Positions 16,991 through 25,697 of a stretch of 41,125 bases of DNA are shown in pieces. Made by a program: the position numbers and the translations under genes. Under the pieces are notes generated by a model that worked only from the letters and a program-made list of their open reading frames with translations, searched no databases and was not told where the DNA came from. Within the stretch, counting starts at the first letter, position 1; the number at the start of each line of letters is the position of its first letter. Source of the stretch: a virus; UHGV virus genome UHGV-0206991; one strand, given 5' to 3'.

Positions 16991-18037
16991 CGATATATCG
17001 GGCTTTTTCGGCTCTTGTGTTGCATTTCGTGTTGCATTTTCGTCAAAAAACTCCGATAACTTGTCACTCCATATTGCCCTTTCCTTATCCATAATATGCT
17101 GATATTTTTTTAACATATAGGTCGTGCTGTGCCCCATAAAATCCATTGCATAACCCCCCGGCATATTCATTGACAGCATTATCGAAGCGTAATAATGCCG
17201 GAGATCGTGGAAGCGTATATGCTGCATATGCCGCTTATCCATAAGGCGGTGAAAACGATGCGTTATTGCGGCGGCGGAGAGTTTGATAACATGGCCTTCG
17301 TCTGCCTCGGCTAACAATTCCGCAATCCTCGGTGGCATGGGAATTGTGCGATAGCCCTTGAAAGATTTTGCTCCTTTTTCAGTATCCCCTTGCATCCCCT
17401 TGACTATTGCTCGCCTTATCCTAAGTGTTCGCGCGGCAAAATCCGCGTCCTCCTTTTCTATGCCCAGCACTTCTGACATCCGCAGTCCGCATTGCATAGC
17501 CAGCAGCACCGGCAGCTCTATTTCAAGGCCGTATACTGCTTCCGCGAGTTCTTCTGCCGTTGCTTGTGACGGTATAGTTATTTCTACGGGTACTTTTTGC
17601 GGGCGATTGACATCGAATATTGCCGGCGCAACCAAATCCCGCAGAGACGGCCTGAGCAGCGATAGAATATTTTCTATGGTTTTCCCTCCTACCGAATAGG
17701 ATAGGCCGGTCACAAACTGCTGAATATCGTTTCGGGTGAGCTTTGAGGCGGTTTCGTTGACGAGCGGCGGAAGATTACACCGTAATATCTTTTCATACCC
17801 CCGAACCGTAGCCGGAGAGAGGACATTTTCGCGTATATCGATATAATGCCGCACGGCTTCCCCCACCGTCATTTTGCTGGCGTTTTGCGGACGGTTTTCA
17901 AGCTGCGCTGCTTGTGCAATTGACTCCTTTTTCGTATCCGCCGTGACCGAACGGTATTTCCTTTTGCCGTTTTCGTCACGCCCGACATAGACAAGACACC
18001 GCCAACGGCCGGACGGCAGTTTTTTTGGTGTCGCCAT
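16985..18037 (-). CDS. int: Tyrosine integrase
   Basis: GLRMSE, FHDLRH, MGH and KKYQH catalytic motifs; N-terminal arm-binding domain. Confidence 0.95.
   Translation of the reverse strand: MATPKKLPSGRWRCLVYVGRDENGKRKYRSVTADTKKESIAQAAQLENRPQNASKMTVGEAVRHYIDIRENVLSPATVRGYEKILRCNLPPLVNETASKLTRNDIQQFVTGLSYSVGGKTIENILSLLRPSLRDLVAPAIFDVNRPQKVPVEITIPSQATAEELAEAVYGLEIELPVLLAMQCGLRMSEVLGIEKEDADFAARTLRIRRAIVKGMQGDTEKGAKSFKGYRTIPMPPRIAELLAEADEGHVIKLSAAAITHRFHRLMDKRHMQHIRFHDLRHYYASIMLSMNMPGGYAMDFMGHSTTYMLKKYQHIMDKERAIWSDKLSEFFDENATRNATQEPKKPDISQ
17017..17040 (+). repeat. Integrase arm-type sites (right), inside the int coding sequence
   Basis: GTGTTGCATTTC-GTGTTGCATTTT; 23 bp identical to the left pair. 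Confidence 0.8.
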
Positions 18038-18038
18038 T

Positions 18039-18734
18039 CTATCGCTCCTCTACTCCATATTTTATGATTGAACATACTGCATATCCAACGAATATAACAT
18101 CCGACCCGATTACTATGATTAAAAATAAATAAGTCAATACATTCCCGCCGGTATTGTCGATGCCGATAAGTTTGGGATCAGCGTAAATGTTTTTAAGCGT
18201 ATAGCTATCCATATTGTCGTATTTGTCTAATAATATTTCTGGCTCGTCGATTTTAAGATACCCTTCCACTGGAATTGATTTGCCGTTTTTGTATATTTCA
18301 ATTAAATAATAATCCTTATCGTTTTCTTTCAAAATTTTAGCGGGATATAGTTTTGAAGATGTTTCAACATAATAATATAAATTACCATTGCTTTCCAGTG
18401 GCAAACTATGTATTCCTATGGCAGAAGCATTACAAAACAACAGCGCAATAGTTCCGGCAATAACCAGTATGATCGATGCAACGGCGTCTAACTTCGTGCG
18501 TACTGCGTCATGGACATCGTCAATTATGTTGGTCTTTTTTGTGAAATGTCTAAAAACGCAATAAAGAAAATAAATGCAGGCCAAAACTGCAGCAACAGCA
18601 AAAAGGTACAAAATGTTTTTTACAATACGCATAGGATTATTAGATATTTTAGATATCGTCGTTGCTACTGGGATTGCTAAAATCAAGCCCAAAATTGCTA
18701 TAAACTTAAAAACAGACGCTATTTTCCTTGCCAT
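18039..18734 (-). CDS. Multi-pass membrane protein, AT-rich (superinfection-exclusion candidate)
   Basis: About four hydrophobic segments; visibly lower GC than the flanks; located in the lysogeny module. Confidence 0.6.
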   Translation of the reverse strand: MARKIASVFKFIAILGLILAIPVATTISKISNNPMRIVKNILYLFAVAAVLACIYFLYCVFRHFTKKTNIIDDVHDAVRTKLDAVASIILVIAGTIALLFCNASAIGIHSLPLESNGNLYYYVETSSKLYPAKILKENDKDYYLIEIYKNGKSIPVEGYLKIDEPEILLDKYDNMDSYTLKNIYADPKLIGIDNTGGNVLTYLFLIIVIGSDVIFVGYAVCSIIKYGVEER

Positions 18735-18740
18735 ACAACA

Positions 18741-19190
18741 TCACCAGTTCGCGGTTTTTATAAATTCTGACACTATATTCCCCGGTATTGCCGTGTATTG
18801 CACCCAGCCGAGGGACGAATGCGTTATATCGTAGATCAGGAAGAAGATCAGCAATAGTATAAGCGCGGCCACAGCAACGGCCAGTATGTTTATCCAGCGG
18901 TTTTTCTCCCTGAGCCTGCGCTCGTAGATACTTATTATGTGCGATACCCCTACGGTTAGCGTGGAAGTATCCGGTGGTGCCGTCTCCTTTACCGACAGCT
19001 CGTCCAGCGATACGCCCAGCACGCGGGCTATGGGCGAGATCGTCTCAAAGCCGGGGCTGCGGTTAGCGCCGTTGAGCACCTTTGTCACGGTGGATTCTGG
19101 CACACCGGACATCTCGGCTATCATGGCGTTCGTGTACCCCAATGCTTCTTTCTGCTGCACCAGACAGTGCAGTAAAATGTCACTTTCCAT
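18741..19190 (-). CDS. XRE-family HTH protein with C-terminal transmembrane helix
   Basis: TNAMIAEMSGVPESTVTKVLNG..SPGFETISPIARVLGVSLDEL, then WINILAVAVAALILLLIFFLIY. Confidence 0.8.
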   Translation of the reverse strand: MESDILLHCLVQQKEALGYTNAMIAEMSGVPESTVTKVLNGANRSPGFETISPIARVLGVSLDELSVKETAPPDTSTLTVGVSHIISIYERRLREKNRWINILAVAVAALILLLIFFLIYDITHSSLGWVQYTAIPGNIVSEFIKTANW

Positions 19191-19359
19191 GTTTTATCAC
19201 CCCTCTGTTATTATTTTACCATACCTCGGTAAAGTTTTACCACCTTTAACCGCAACATATCCTTTTTCGATTTATCGGAAATCATTTACAACTACAAGGT
19301 AGCCGAAACCCACCGGGTAATATCCGCTTTTGGGTATTGCTATTCACACCGTACTGGTG

Positions 19360-19388
19360 TTGAACTTCCTTTAGATACAAAATATGCT
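19360..19388 (+). promoter_or_regulatory. Putative promoter for the 51-aa peptide
   Basis: TTGAAC, 17 bp, TATGCT. Confidence 0.45.
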
Positions 19389-19421
19389 AAAAAATACAGC
19401 CGCAAAAGAAAGGAATATGTT

Positions 19422-19577
19422 ATGAAGAAAAATCGTATAACTAAGGACGCAATGAAAATTATCATGCTTTACCTTGAGCTCACGCCGGAGAACAAGGAAA
19501 AGGTACTTACTTTAACATCTGATCTTTTATGCACTCAAGAATCAGATCCTTCACCTTCTGCTGATGAGCAGGAGTAA
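19422..19577 (+). CDS. 51-aa peptide resembling the repressor C-terminal helix (not in ORF track)
   Basis: RBS GAAAGGA; MKKNRITKDAMKIIMLYLELTPENKEKVLTLTSDLLCTQESDPSPSADEQE; overlaps the repressor 3' end by 71 bp in antisense. Confidence 0.6.
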   Translation: MKKNRITKDAMKIIMLYLELTPENKEKVLTLTSDLLCTQESDPSPSADEQE

Positions 19578-20028
19578 GGATTCCGAAAGCCTTTATCACA
19601 TCCCCCAGGCCCTCCATATTGGCCGTGGGGGCTTTTTCGTCGCTTGCCCCCAAGAGATAATCAACATTGACGCAAAAGTACGCGGCCAGCATGGCAACGG
19701 TGGCATATGCCGGGACGACGCCTTTTTTCCAGTTTGAAAATAAATTTTTATTCAGCCCGCAATCCTGCAAAACCTGTGATTCCGTCAGATTGCGTTCTTT
19801 TCTTAATTCCGTGACCCGTTCGAGAAACGACGATGCATCCCTGCCCATCAGATAGTCCGTGCTTACGCCGAAATAATCAGCTAACTTCTGTACGGTATTT
19901 GCGCTGGGCTGCGTGCCGTTTTTCCAAAAATAGAACGAATTACGCCCGAGATGGCAATCGTCCATCACCTGTTTTTCCGTAATTCCCCGTTCTTTTCTCA
20001 ATTCCGCTACTCTGTCTATAAAATTCAC
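19507..20028 (-). CDS. CI-like repressor with two tandem XRE HTH domains
   Basis: GTG start after GGAGG. FIDRVAELRKERGITE..LADYFGVSTDYLMG is repeated as FLERVTELRKERNLTE..LAAYFCVNVDYLLG. Divergent from a cro-like gene. No S24 peptidase domain seen. Confidence 0.85.
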   Translation of the reverse strand: MNFIDRVAELRKERGITEKQVMDDCHLGRNSFYFWKNGTQPSANTVQKLADYFGVSTDYLMGRDASSFLERVTELRKERNLTESQVLQDCGLNKNLFSNWKKGVVPAYATVAMLAAYFCVNVDYLLGASDEKAPTANMEGLGDVIKAFGILTPAHQQKVKDLILECIKDQMLK

Positions 20029-20072
20029 AAACAACCTCCAAAAAATATTTTCACAAAAATAGAGAAAACCTA

Positions 20073-20101
20073 TTGACAATTCACTATGCATAGGGTATAA
20101 T
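20073..20101 (+). promoter_or_regulatory. Early lytic promoter
   Basis: TTGACA, 17 bp, TATAAT; palindrome CTATGCATAG in the spacer. Confidence 0.85.
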
Positions 20102-20193
20102 CTCTGCGTAAACAGTAAAAATTGCTTACACGAAAGGAGGGCAGTAGAGAAAAGAACCGCGTCCTCGTGGGATTGCTAATATTCACGCTATTC

Positions 20194-20222
20194 AGTATAC
20201 CACTATGACGCGAGAAATGCAA
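20194..20222 (-). promoter_or_regulatory. Leftward (repressor) promoter, face-to-face with the lytic promoter
   Basis: Minus strand TTGCAT, 17 bp, TATACT with TG extension. Confidence 0.7.
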
Positions 20223-20254
20223 CAAAAATTATTCACATCAGAAAGGAGAATTTC

Positions 20255-20491
20255 ATGACCGAACAGGAACGCAAGGACAAGAGCCGTTTTGTGCGAGAAG
20301 CAGTGGAAAGCTCCGGCCTTAAGTATCGCGTAATAATCAATCGACTTAACGACGACGGAGAGAATGTAAGCTCAAGCACGATATCCGGAATACTTGGACA
20401 GTACAGACGGGGCCCGAAGCCCGACAGGATACTTTGCAAAATGGAAACCATCTGCCGCGATTACATAGCGGCACTCGGAAAAACACAGTAA
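20255..20491 (+). CDS. Cro-like HTH protein
   Basis: First gene of the rightward operon; RBS AAAGGAG; VSSSTISGILG recognition-helix-like segment. Confidence 0.65.
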   Translation: MTEQERKDKSRFVREAVESSGLKYRVIINRLNDDGENVSSSTISGILGQYRRGPKPDRILCKMETICRDYIAALGKTQ

Positions 20492-20503
20492 AAGGAGGCA
20501 GCA

Positions 20504-20842
20504 ATGAGCAATATGGACAAACTGAAAGAAAACCCCACCCTTAAAGCCCCCAACGAAACGATGGAAGCGCGATATGGCTGGTTCTTTCTCAAAGATCCGC
20601 AGATCACCTCGCTGCCTGATAACCTCACTGTGCGCGGCAATCTCGACCTTCGCGGCACAGCGATCACCACACTGCCTGATAACCTCACTGTGCGCGGCTC
20701 GCTCTACATTGATGGCACGCAGATCACTACACTACCGGACAACCTTACCGTAGACGGCGAGATATACATTCTCGTAGACGGGCGATATACATTTACGGAA
20801 CGGCGAAGGAGGAGTAAGCATGACACTTTACGAGACTGTTGA
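20504..20842 (+). CDS. Leucine-rich-repeat protein (20-aa repeats)
   Basis: ITSLPDNLTVRGNLDLRGTA-type unit three times; 60-bp DNA repeats at 20602, 20662 and 20722. Confidence 0.75.
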   Translation: MSNMDKLKENPTLKAPNETMEARYGWFFLKDPQITSLPDNLTVRGNLDLRGTAITTLPDNLTVRGSLYIDGTQITTLPDNLTVDGEIYILVDGRYTFTERRRRSKHDTLRDC

Positions 20843-21035
20843 ACGCAACATCCGCGGCAGAATGGCGCAGCTGAAGCTGCGACCGGACGACATCTACGAA
20901 CAGTGTGGATACACCTCGGCAGCAGGCCTGAGAGCACGGCTGCGCAAGGCGCAGGGAATCACCGTAAACGACCTTGACAGGATTGCAAAAGTGCTCAGGA
21001 CGACACCTGAGCGGCTTATGGAAAGGAGCATCTGA
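20820..21035 (+). CDS. Small XRE-like HTH protein
   Basis: RBS AGGAG; ITVNDLDRIAKVLRTTPERLM. Confidence 0.65.
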   Translation: MTLYETVERNIRGRMAQLKLRPDDIYEQCGYTSAAGLRARLRKAQGITVNDLDRIAKVLRTTPERLMERSI

Positions 21036-21037
21036 AT

Positions 21038-21994
21038 ATGGCTGTAAAACTGTGCTGCACAAAGGATATGAGCCGCGAGGAATGGCTGGACTGGCGCCGC
21101 GGCGGTATAGGCGGCTCGGATGCCGCAACGATAGTCGGGCTCAATCCGTACACCTCGCTGTTAGAGCTGTACGCGGACAAGGAAGGATATATGCCCGACA
21201 AGGACGACAACGAGGCAATGCGCATCGGCCGCGACCTGGAAGCATATGTGGCGGAGCGCTGGGCGGAAAAGACCGGGAAGAAATACCGCCGGACGAATTA
21301 CATGTACGCACACGACAATTACCCGTTTATCCGGGCGAATGTTGACCGCGAAGTGGTAGGCGAAAATGCCGGGCTTGAGTGCAAAACCACCAGCGTCTAC
21401 AACAAGCACGACTTTGAGGGCGGCGAGATCCCGCTGTGGTACTACTGCCAGTGCCAGCATTACATGGCCGTAATGGGCTATGAGCGGATGTATCTTGCGG
21501 TGCTGGTGCTGGGTAAAGCCTTTTACGATTTTGTGATCGAGCGCAACGAAAACGAGATCCGAGTGCTGCTGGATAACGAGATCGAGTTTTGGAATCACCA
21601 TGTGCTTGCCCGCAAGCCGCCGGATCCCGACGGAAGCGAATCCTCGCAAAACGCCGTAAAAGCCCTCCTGAGCCATTTTGGCGGTAAGGGCGAAGAATTA
21701 CCCGCCCCGGTAATAATAATGGAACAGGAAGCAAATCTGAGCCGTTACGAGGCATTGAAAGAGCAGAGCGACGCACTGAACAAGGAAATCGAGACGATCA
21801 GGCAGGAATTGATGCTTGCTCTGGGCGACCGGGAGACGGCGGAAGCGCAGAAGTACAGAGTTACTTTTAAGCCGCAGACAAGGACAAGCATTGACAGCAA
21901 ACGGCTGAAAGCAGAGCGGCCGGAGATCTACGATGAGTATGCGCAGGCTACAGAGAGCCGCGTGCTGAGAATAACTAAGAAAAAAGGAGCGTAA
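21038..21994 (+). CDS. yqaJ: YqaJ-family (lambda exo-like) recombination exonuclease
   Basis: EWLDWRRGGIGGSDAA, ANVDR, GLECKT, QCQHYMAV. Confidence 0.93.
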   Translation: MAVKLCCTKDMSREEWLDWRRGGIGGSDAATIVGLNPYTSLLELYADKEGYMPDKDDNEAMRIGRDLEAYVAERWAEKTGKKYRRTNYMYAHDNYPFIRANVDREVVGENAGLECKTTSVYNKHDFEGGEIPLWYYCQCQHYMAVMGYERMYLAVLVLGKAFYDFVIERNENEIRVLLDNEIEFWNHHVLARKPPDPDGSESSQNAVKALLSHFGGKGEELPAPVIIMEQEANLSRYEALKEQSDALNKEIETIRQELMLALGDRETAEAQKYRVTFKPQTRTSIDSKRLKAERPEIYDEYAQATESRVLRITKKKGA

Positions 21995-22000
21995 AAAGAA

Positions 22001-22792
22001 ATGGAAATGACTACTAACACAGCAAATGCAATAACCAATGCGGCGGCTGCCGGAAAGAGAACGGTATCCTCCCCCGCTACCATGATGAAGAACATCGTGC
22101 AGAACGAAGCCACTATGAAGATTCTGCGGGACAGTCTGCATGAGAACGCCGGAGCGTTTGCCGCCTCCGTGATAGAGCTGTATTCCGGGGACAAGGCACT
22201 GCAGAAGTGCGACCCCCGCGCGGTATGGGCGCAGTGCCTGAAGGCCGTATCCCTTAAGCTGCCCATCGTAAAGGATCTCGGACTTGCCTATGTAATCCCC
22301 TACAAGGGCGAGCCTACCTTCCAGATCGGCTACAAAGGGCTTGTGCAGCTTGCAATGCGTACCGGTGCTTACAAATACATCAACGCCGGCGAGGTATACG
22401 AGGGTGAGTTTGTATCACAGGACAAGCTTTCCGGACGCGTGGATCTCTCCGGCACACGGATAAGCGATACGGTGGTGGGCTATTTTGCCTACATGGAGAC
22501 CCTTAACGGCTTTACGAAAACGCTGTATTGGGACAAGGACAAGAGCATTGCCCACGCAAAGAAGTTTTCCAAGAGCTACAACAGCGGCAGCGCAATCTGG
22601 CGCGAACACCCCGATGAGATGTTTACAAAACAGGTGCTGCGCAATCTGCTGTCCAAGTGGGGCGTGCTGAGCGTGGAAATGTGCAACGCCTTCTCCGCGG
22701 AAAGCGAGGACAACACCGCCCTTGCGGACGAAAAGATAGCCGCAGAGCCGATTGTGGAGGGCGTGGAATACGAGGTGCAGGATGAAGGTTGA
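22001..22792 (+). CDS. recT: RecT-family single-strand annealing protein
   Basis: LGLAYVIPY..FQIGYKGLVQLAMRTGAY; follows the exonuclease. Confidence 0.93.
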   Translation: MEMTTNTANAITNAAAAGKRTVSSPATMMKNIVQNEATMKILRDSLHENAGAFAASVIELYSGDKALQKCDPRAVWAQCLKAVSLKLPIVKDLGLAYVIPYKGEPTFQIGYKGLVQLAMRTGAYKYINAGEVYEGEFVSQDKLSGRVDLSGTRISDTVVGYFAYMETLNGFTKTLYWDKDKSIAHAKKFSKSYNSGSAIWREHPDEMFTKQVLRNLLSKWGVLSVEMCNAFSAESEDNTALADEKIAAEPIVEGVEYEVQDEG

Positions 22793-23150
22793 GAAATTTA
22801 TCCCCGTCGGGCGGGAAAATGCGATAAGCCGAGCTGCATTGAGTATCCGCACGGGCGCGCGGGACCGGTTTAACCGCAAAGCGATACAGGAGGCGCGGGA
22901 CAGAGGCGTGCCCATCGTCTTTTGCGACGACGGCTCCGGATACTACATAGCGCAGACCTCTGCGGAGGTAAGAGCACTGCAGCGGAACTATCTCAAACGG
23001 ATCTTTGCCATGATGGACACCATAAACAGCCTGAGCACGACGGTACACATCATGGAGCAGGAGGAAGGAGTGCCCGATGAACAAGGTAACGCATGCCCGG
23101 ACGATATGCCCGTTTTTCAGGAGCGACTCTCCGAAATCGATAGCCTGTGA
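22782..23150 (+). CDS. Winged-HTH DNA-binding protein
   Basis: IPVGRENAISRAALS...DR..RKAIQEAR..GVPI...GSGYYIA; start ATG 22782. Confidence 0.6.
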   Translation: MKVEKFIPVGRENAISRAALSIRTGARDRFNRKAIQEARDRGVPIVFCDDGSGYYIAQTSAEVRALQRNYLKRIFAMMDTINSLSTTVHIMEQEEGVPDEQGNACPDDMPVFQERLSEIDSL

Positions 23151-23307
23151 GGGGCTCACGGAGGAATCGCAGGCGATGCGCACGGAGTTTACAAGCTCCG
23201 TCGCACGCCAGCGACACCAAGAGCGCTACTGTTTCCGGTTTTGCTACGACTGCTGCCCGATAGCACGGGCTATAAACTCAAAATACAAGGGAGGCGACGC
23301 CGAATGA
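23077..23307 (+). CDS. Small Cys-rich (Zn-binding) protein
   Basis: CPFF..IACEG..YC..CYDCCPI; RBS AAGGAG. Confidence 0.6.
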   Translation: MNKVTHARTICPFFRSDSPKSIACEGLTEESQAMRTEFTSSVARQRHQERYCFRFCYDCCPIARAINSKYKGGDAE

Positions 23308-23501
23308 GCGCAACGGTAAATATATTTACGCTGGTCATATACGCGCTGATCTTTTTATCCGCAACCACAATAGCCGCCTACTATCTGGGCAAGCACGAGG
23401 GACGCGAAGAGGAGCGCGACGAGCAGGAGCTGCGGCAGCAGCGCAGAGGCATAGCGTGTTATCCCGGACGGGAAAGGAGCAGAAGGAGGCATATACTGTG
23501 A
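23304..23501 (+). CDS. Small membrane protein
   Basis: ATGA overlap, RBS GGAGG, N-terminal hydrophobic helix. Confidence 0.5.
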   Translation: MSATVNIFTLVIYALIFLSATTIAAYYLGKHEGREEERDEQELRQQRRGIACYPGRERSRRRHIL

Positions 23502-24034
23502 GTAACAGATGGATAAAACTAAGTGATAAAATCTGCGACTGGCAGTGGTACGGCGACGGCAATACAATGCGGGTTTTCCTGCACCTTCTTCTCCGTGCGA
23601 CAAGGCAGGATTACCAGTATCACGGCATAATTCTGCACCGCGGCGAAGTCGCAATAACTTACGGTGATATTGCTAAAAAATTAAGGATTTCGTACTCCGC
23701 AACCAGAACCGCAATTTCTCACATGCTACGCACAGGGGAAATCGCAATCAAAAAATACCCCAAATACAGCGTGATAACGGTGATTAACTACGATGCGTAT
23801 CAAACGAATCGCACGCAAAATAGCACGCAACGCGCAACCGCAAGTGCGGAATTTGACAACCGGGACGAAAAACTCCTTATATTAACTGAACAAGATAGAT
23901 TGAACAAGAGTTTTTATACGCGCGCACGCGCGCGAGAAGAAAACAAAAATATCATCCCTGTTAAAAGGGTGGCTGCGCATGCTTTTGACGAGCGGACGGA
24001 CGACAGCAGCTATACGGATATTTACGCAAACTGA
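23498..24034 (+). CDS. Replication initiator (replisome-organizer type)
   Basis: GTG start after GGAGG; WIKLSDKICDWQWY..VFLHLLLRA..RGEV..SVITVINYDAYQ; internal iteron-like repeats. Confidence 0.75.
   Translation: MSNRWIKLSDKICDWQWYGDGNTMRVFLHLLLRATRQDYQYHGIILHRGEVAITYGDIAKKLRISYSATRTAISHMLRTGEIAIKKYPKYSVITVINYDAYQTNRTQNSTQRATASAEFDNRDEKLLILTEQDRLNKSFYTRARAREENKNIIPVKRVAAHAFDERTDDSSYTDIYAN
23807..23843 (+). repeat. Iteron-like repeats (probable phage origin)
   Basis: AATCGCACGCAA, AATAGCACGCAA, then CGCGCAACCGCAA inside the initiator gene, followed by an AT-rich stretch. Confidence 0.5.
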
Positions 24035-24047
24035 AAGGAGAGAGTGT

Positions 24048-24272
24048 ATGAAAACAATTAAAGCCTATCGCATACTGACCGGGAAAAGCGCGGATTCGCC
24101 GCGCACGGTGGTATTTGCCACAGACAAAGCGCAGGCCAAGCTATCTGCCACGCTGACCGATGCCGGACGCTATTGCGATTGTAACGACATCTACGCAGAG
24201 CGAGCCCCGGAGCTGGATAAGTACTACGACAGGAGCAAGGGGTTTGAGTTGAAGGAGGTGCCTGCGAAATGA
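24048..24272 (+). CDS. Hypothetical protein
   Basis: RBS AAAGGAG; STVVFA/RAPELDKY-type conserved phage peptide. Confidence 0.6.
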   Translation: MKTIKAYRILTGKSADSPRTVVFATDKAQAKLSATLTDAGRYCDCNDIYAERAPELDKYYDRSKGFELKEVPAK

Positions 24273-24955
24273 AAGTACTTATAGCCTGCGAGGAATCGCA
24301 AAGGGTGTGCTGTGCGTTCCGCGAGCTGGGGCACGAGGCTTACAGCTGCGATATCCAGAAACCCAGCGGCGGGCACCCCGAATGGCATATACTCGGTGAC
24401 GCGCTCAGGACGATTGAGGGCGGCGAGATCGTCACAATGGACGGCAAAGCGCACTATATAGGCAAGTGGGACTTGCTGATTGCGCACCCGCCGTGCACTT
24501 ATCTAACTGTTGCGGGAAATCGTTGGTTTAATGTCGATCGATACGGCGAAAAGGCAATCAAAAGACAACGACAGAGACAAGACGCAATCGCCTTTTTTAT
24601 CGCGCTGGCGCGTGCCCGTTGCGACCGTATTTGTATTGAAAACCCTGTCGGTATTATGTCAACCGTATATCGAAAAGCTAACCAAGTTATACAGCCATAT
24701 CAATTTGGCGATGCCGTAGAAAAAAAGACTTGCTTATGGCTTAAGGGTTTGCCGAAATTACAATCAACCACGGTTGTTACGCCACCCGAGCGTGTAAAAT
24801 TTGCATCAGGTAAAACCATGCCGGCGTGGTATGCGGACGCATGGCACTTACCCGCGGCAGAACGGAGCAGAGTACGCTCACAGACTTTTCCCGGCATAGC
24901 AAAAGCTATGGCGGAGCAATGGGGAGGGAAAGTAAATGGAAAAGAAAATACTTGA
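24269..24955 (+). CDS. C5-cytosine DNA methyltransferase-like protein
   Basis: VLIACEESQ..AYSCD, WDLLIAHPPCTYL (PC catalytic motif), IENP. Confidence 0.8.
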   Translation: MKVLIACEESQRVCCAFRELGHEAYSCDIQKPSGGHPEWHILGDALRTIEGGEIVTMDGKAHYIGKWDLLIAHPPCTYLTVAGNRWFNVDRYGEKAIKRQRQRQDAIAFFIALARARCDRICIENPVGIMSTVYRKANQVIQPYQFGDAVEKKTCLWLKGLPKLQSTTVVTPPERVKFASGKTMPAWYADAWHLPAAERSRVRSQTFPGIAKAMAEQWGGKVNGKENT

Positions 24956-25424
24956 TGTGACTTGCGGTAGCAGAACGATATGGTTCAATAAACAGCATCC
25001 AGCGGCGGTGTACTGCGATATACGCGATGAGGAATACTCTGCGATATGGTCGGGCACTGAGCGCGATTCTGAGCGCAAGTGCATTATTCATCCAGATATT
25101 CGGTGCGATTTTACGGATATTCCGTTTCCGGACAATACATTTTCGCTCGTTGTTTTCGATCCGCCGCATTTACGGGATGTCGGCAATAACGCGTGGATGT
25201 ACAAGAAATACGGGCGACTTGACGATAACTGGCCGGAGATGCTTCGCAACGGGTTCCGCGAGTGTATGCGCGTGCTCAAGCCTGATGGTGTGCTAATTTT
25301 TAAGTGGGCGGAGACGCAAATCCCGGCGGGAAAGGTGTGGGATGCAATTGGGCAGAAACCGCTTTTTGGGCACCACAGCGGAAAGAAATCTCAAACTTTT
25401 TGGGGATGCTTTATGAAAATGTGA
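24936..25424 (+). CDS. SAM-dependent amino (N6A/N4C-type) methyltransferase
   Basis: ILDVTCGSR SAM-binding motif; VVFDPPH; RVLKPDGVLIFKW. Confidence 0.82.
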   Translation: MEKKILDVTCGSRTIWFNKQHPAAVYCDIRDEEYSAIWSGTERDSERKCIIHPDIRCDFTDIPFPDNTFSLVVFDPPHLRDVGNNAWMYKKYGRLDDNWPEMLRNGFRECMRVLKPDGVLIFKWAETQIPAGKVWDAIGQKPLFGHHSGKKSQTFWGCFMKM

Positions 25425-25461
25425 GGAGAAAAAGTAAATGACACTTGAAAGGAAGGGAAAT

Positions 25462-25686
25462 ATGACACTTACTGACAAACAGGAACTTGCAAGGCTGCTG
25501 ACGCTGTATCAGCAGGAGATGATTGAGCGCAACGAAGAGAATATTGCCGAGCGGAAAAAGCACAAAAACGCATGGGAAGGCAATTATTACGAAGGCGCAA
25601 AGGCGAAATACAACCATGCCCGCATTATAGCTGCATCACTGATGGTGGAGATCGGGCGCGAACTTAAAACTTATTACACATGGTGA
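25462..25686 (+). CDS. Hypothetical protein
   Basis: ORF in operon context with a purine-rich RBS; start 25438 or 25462. Confidence 0.55.
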   Translation: MTLTDKQELARLLTLYQQEMIERNEENIAERKKHKNAWEGNYYEGAKAKYNHARIIAASLMVEIGRELKTYYTW

Positions 25687-25697
25687 GGAGGCGGGCA

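Noticed and set aside
19300..19421. LexA/SOS box upstream of the repressor-mimic peptide
   Set aside because: No convincing GAAC-N4-GTTC/T site found.
20602..20758. 60-bp periodic repeats as a CRISPR-like or TIGR-like array
   Set aside because: They are in-frame 20-aa leucine-rich repeats of a coding gene with RBS.
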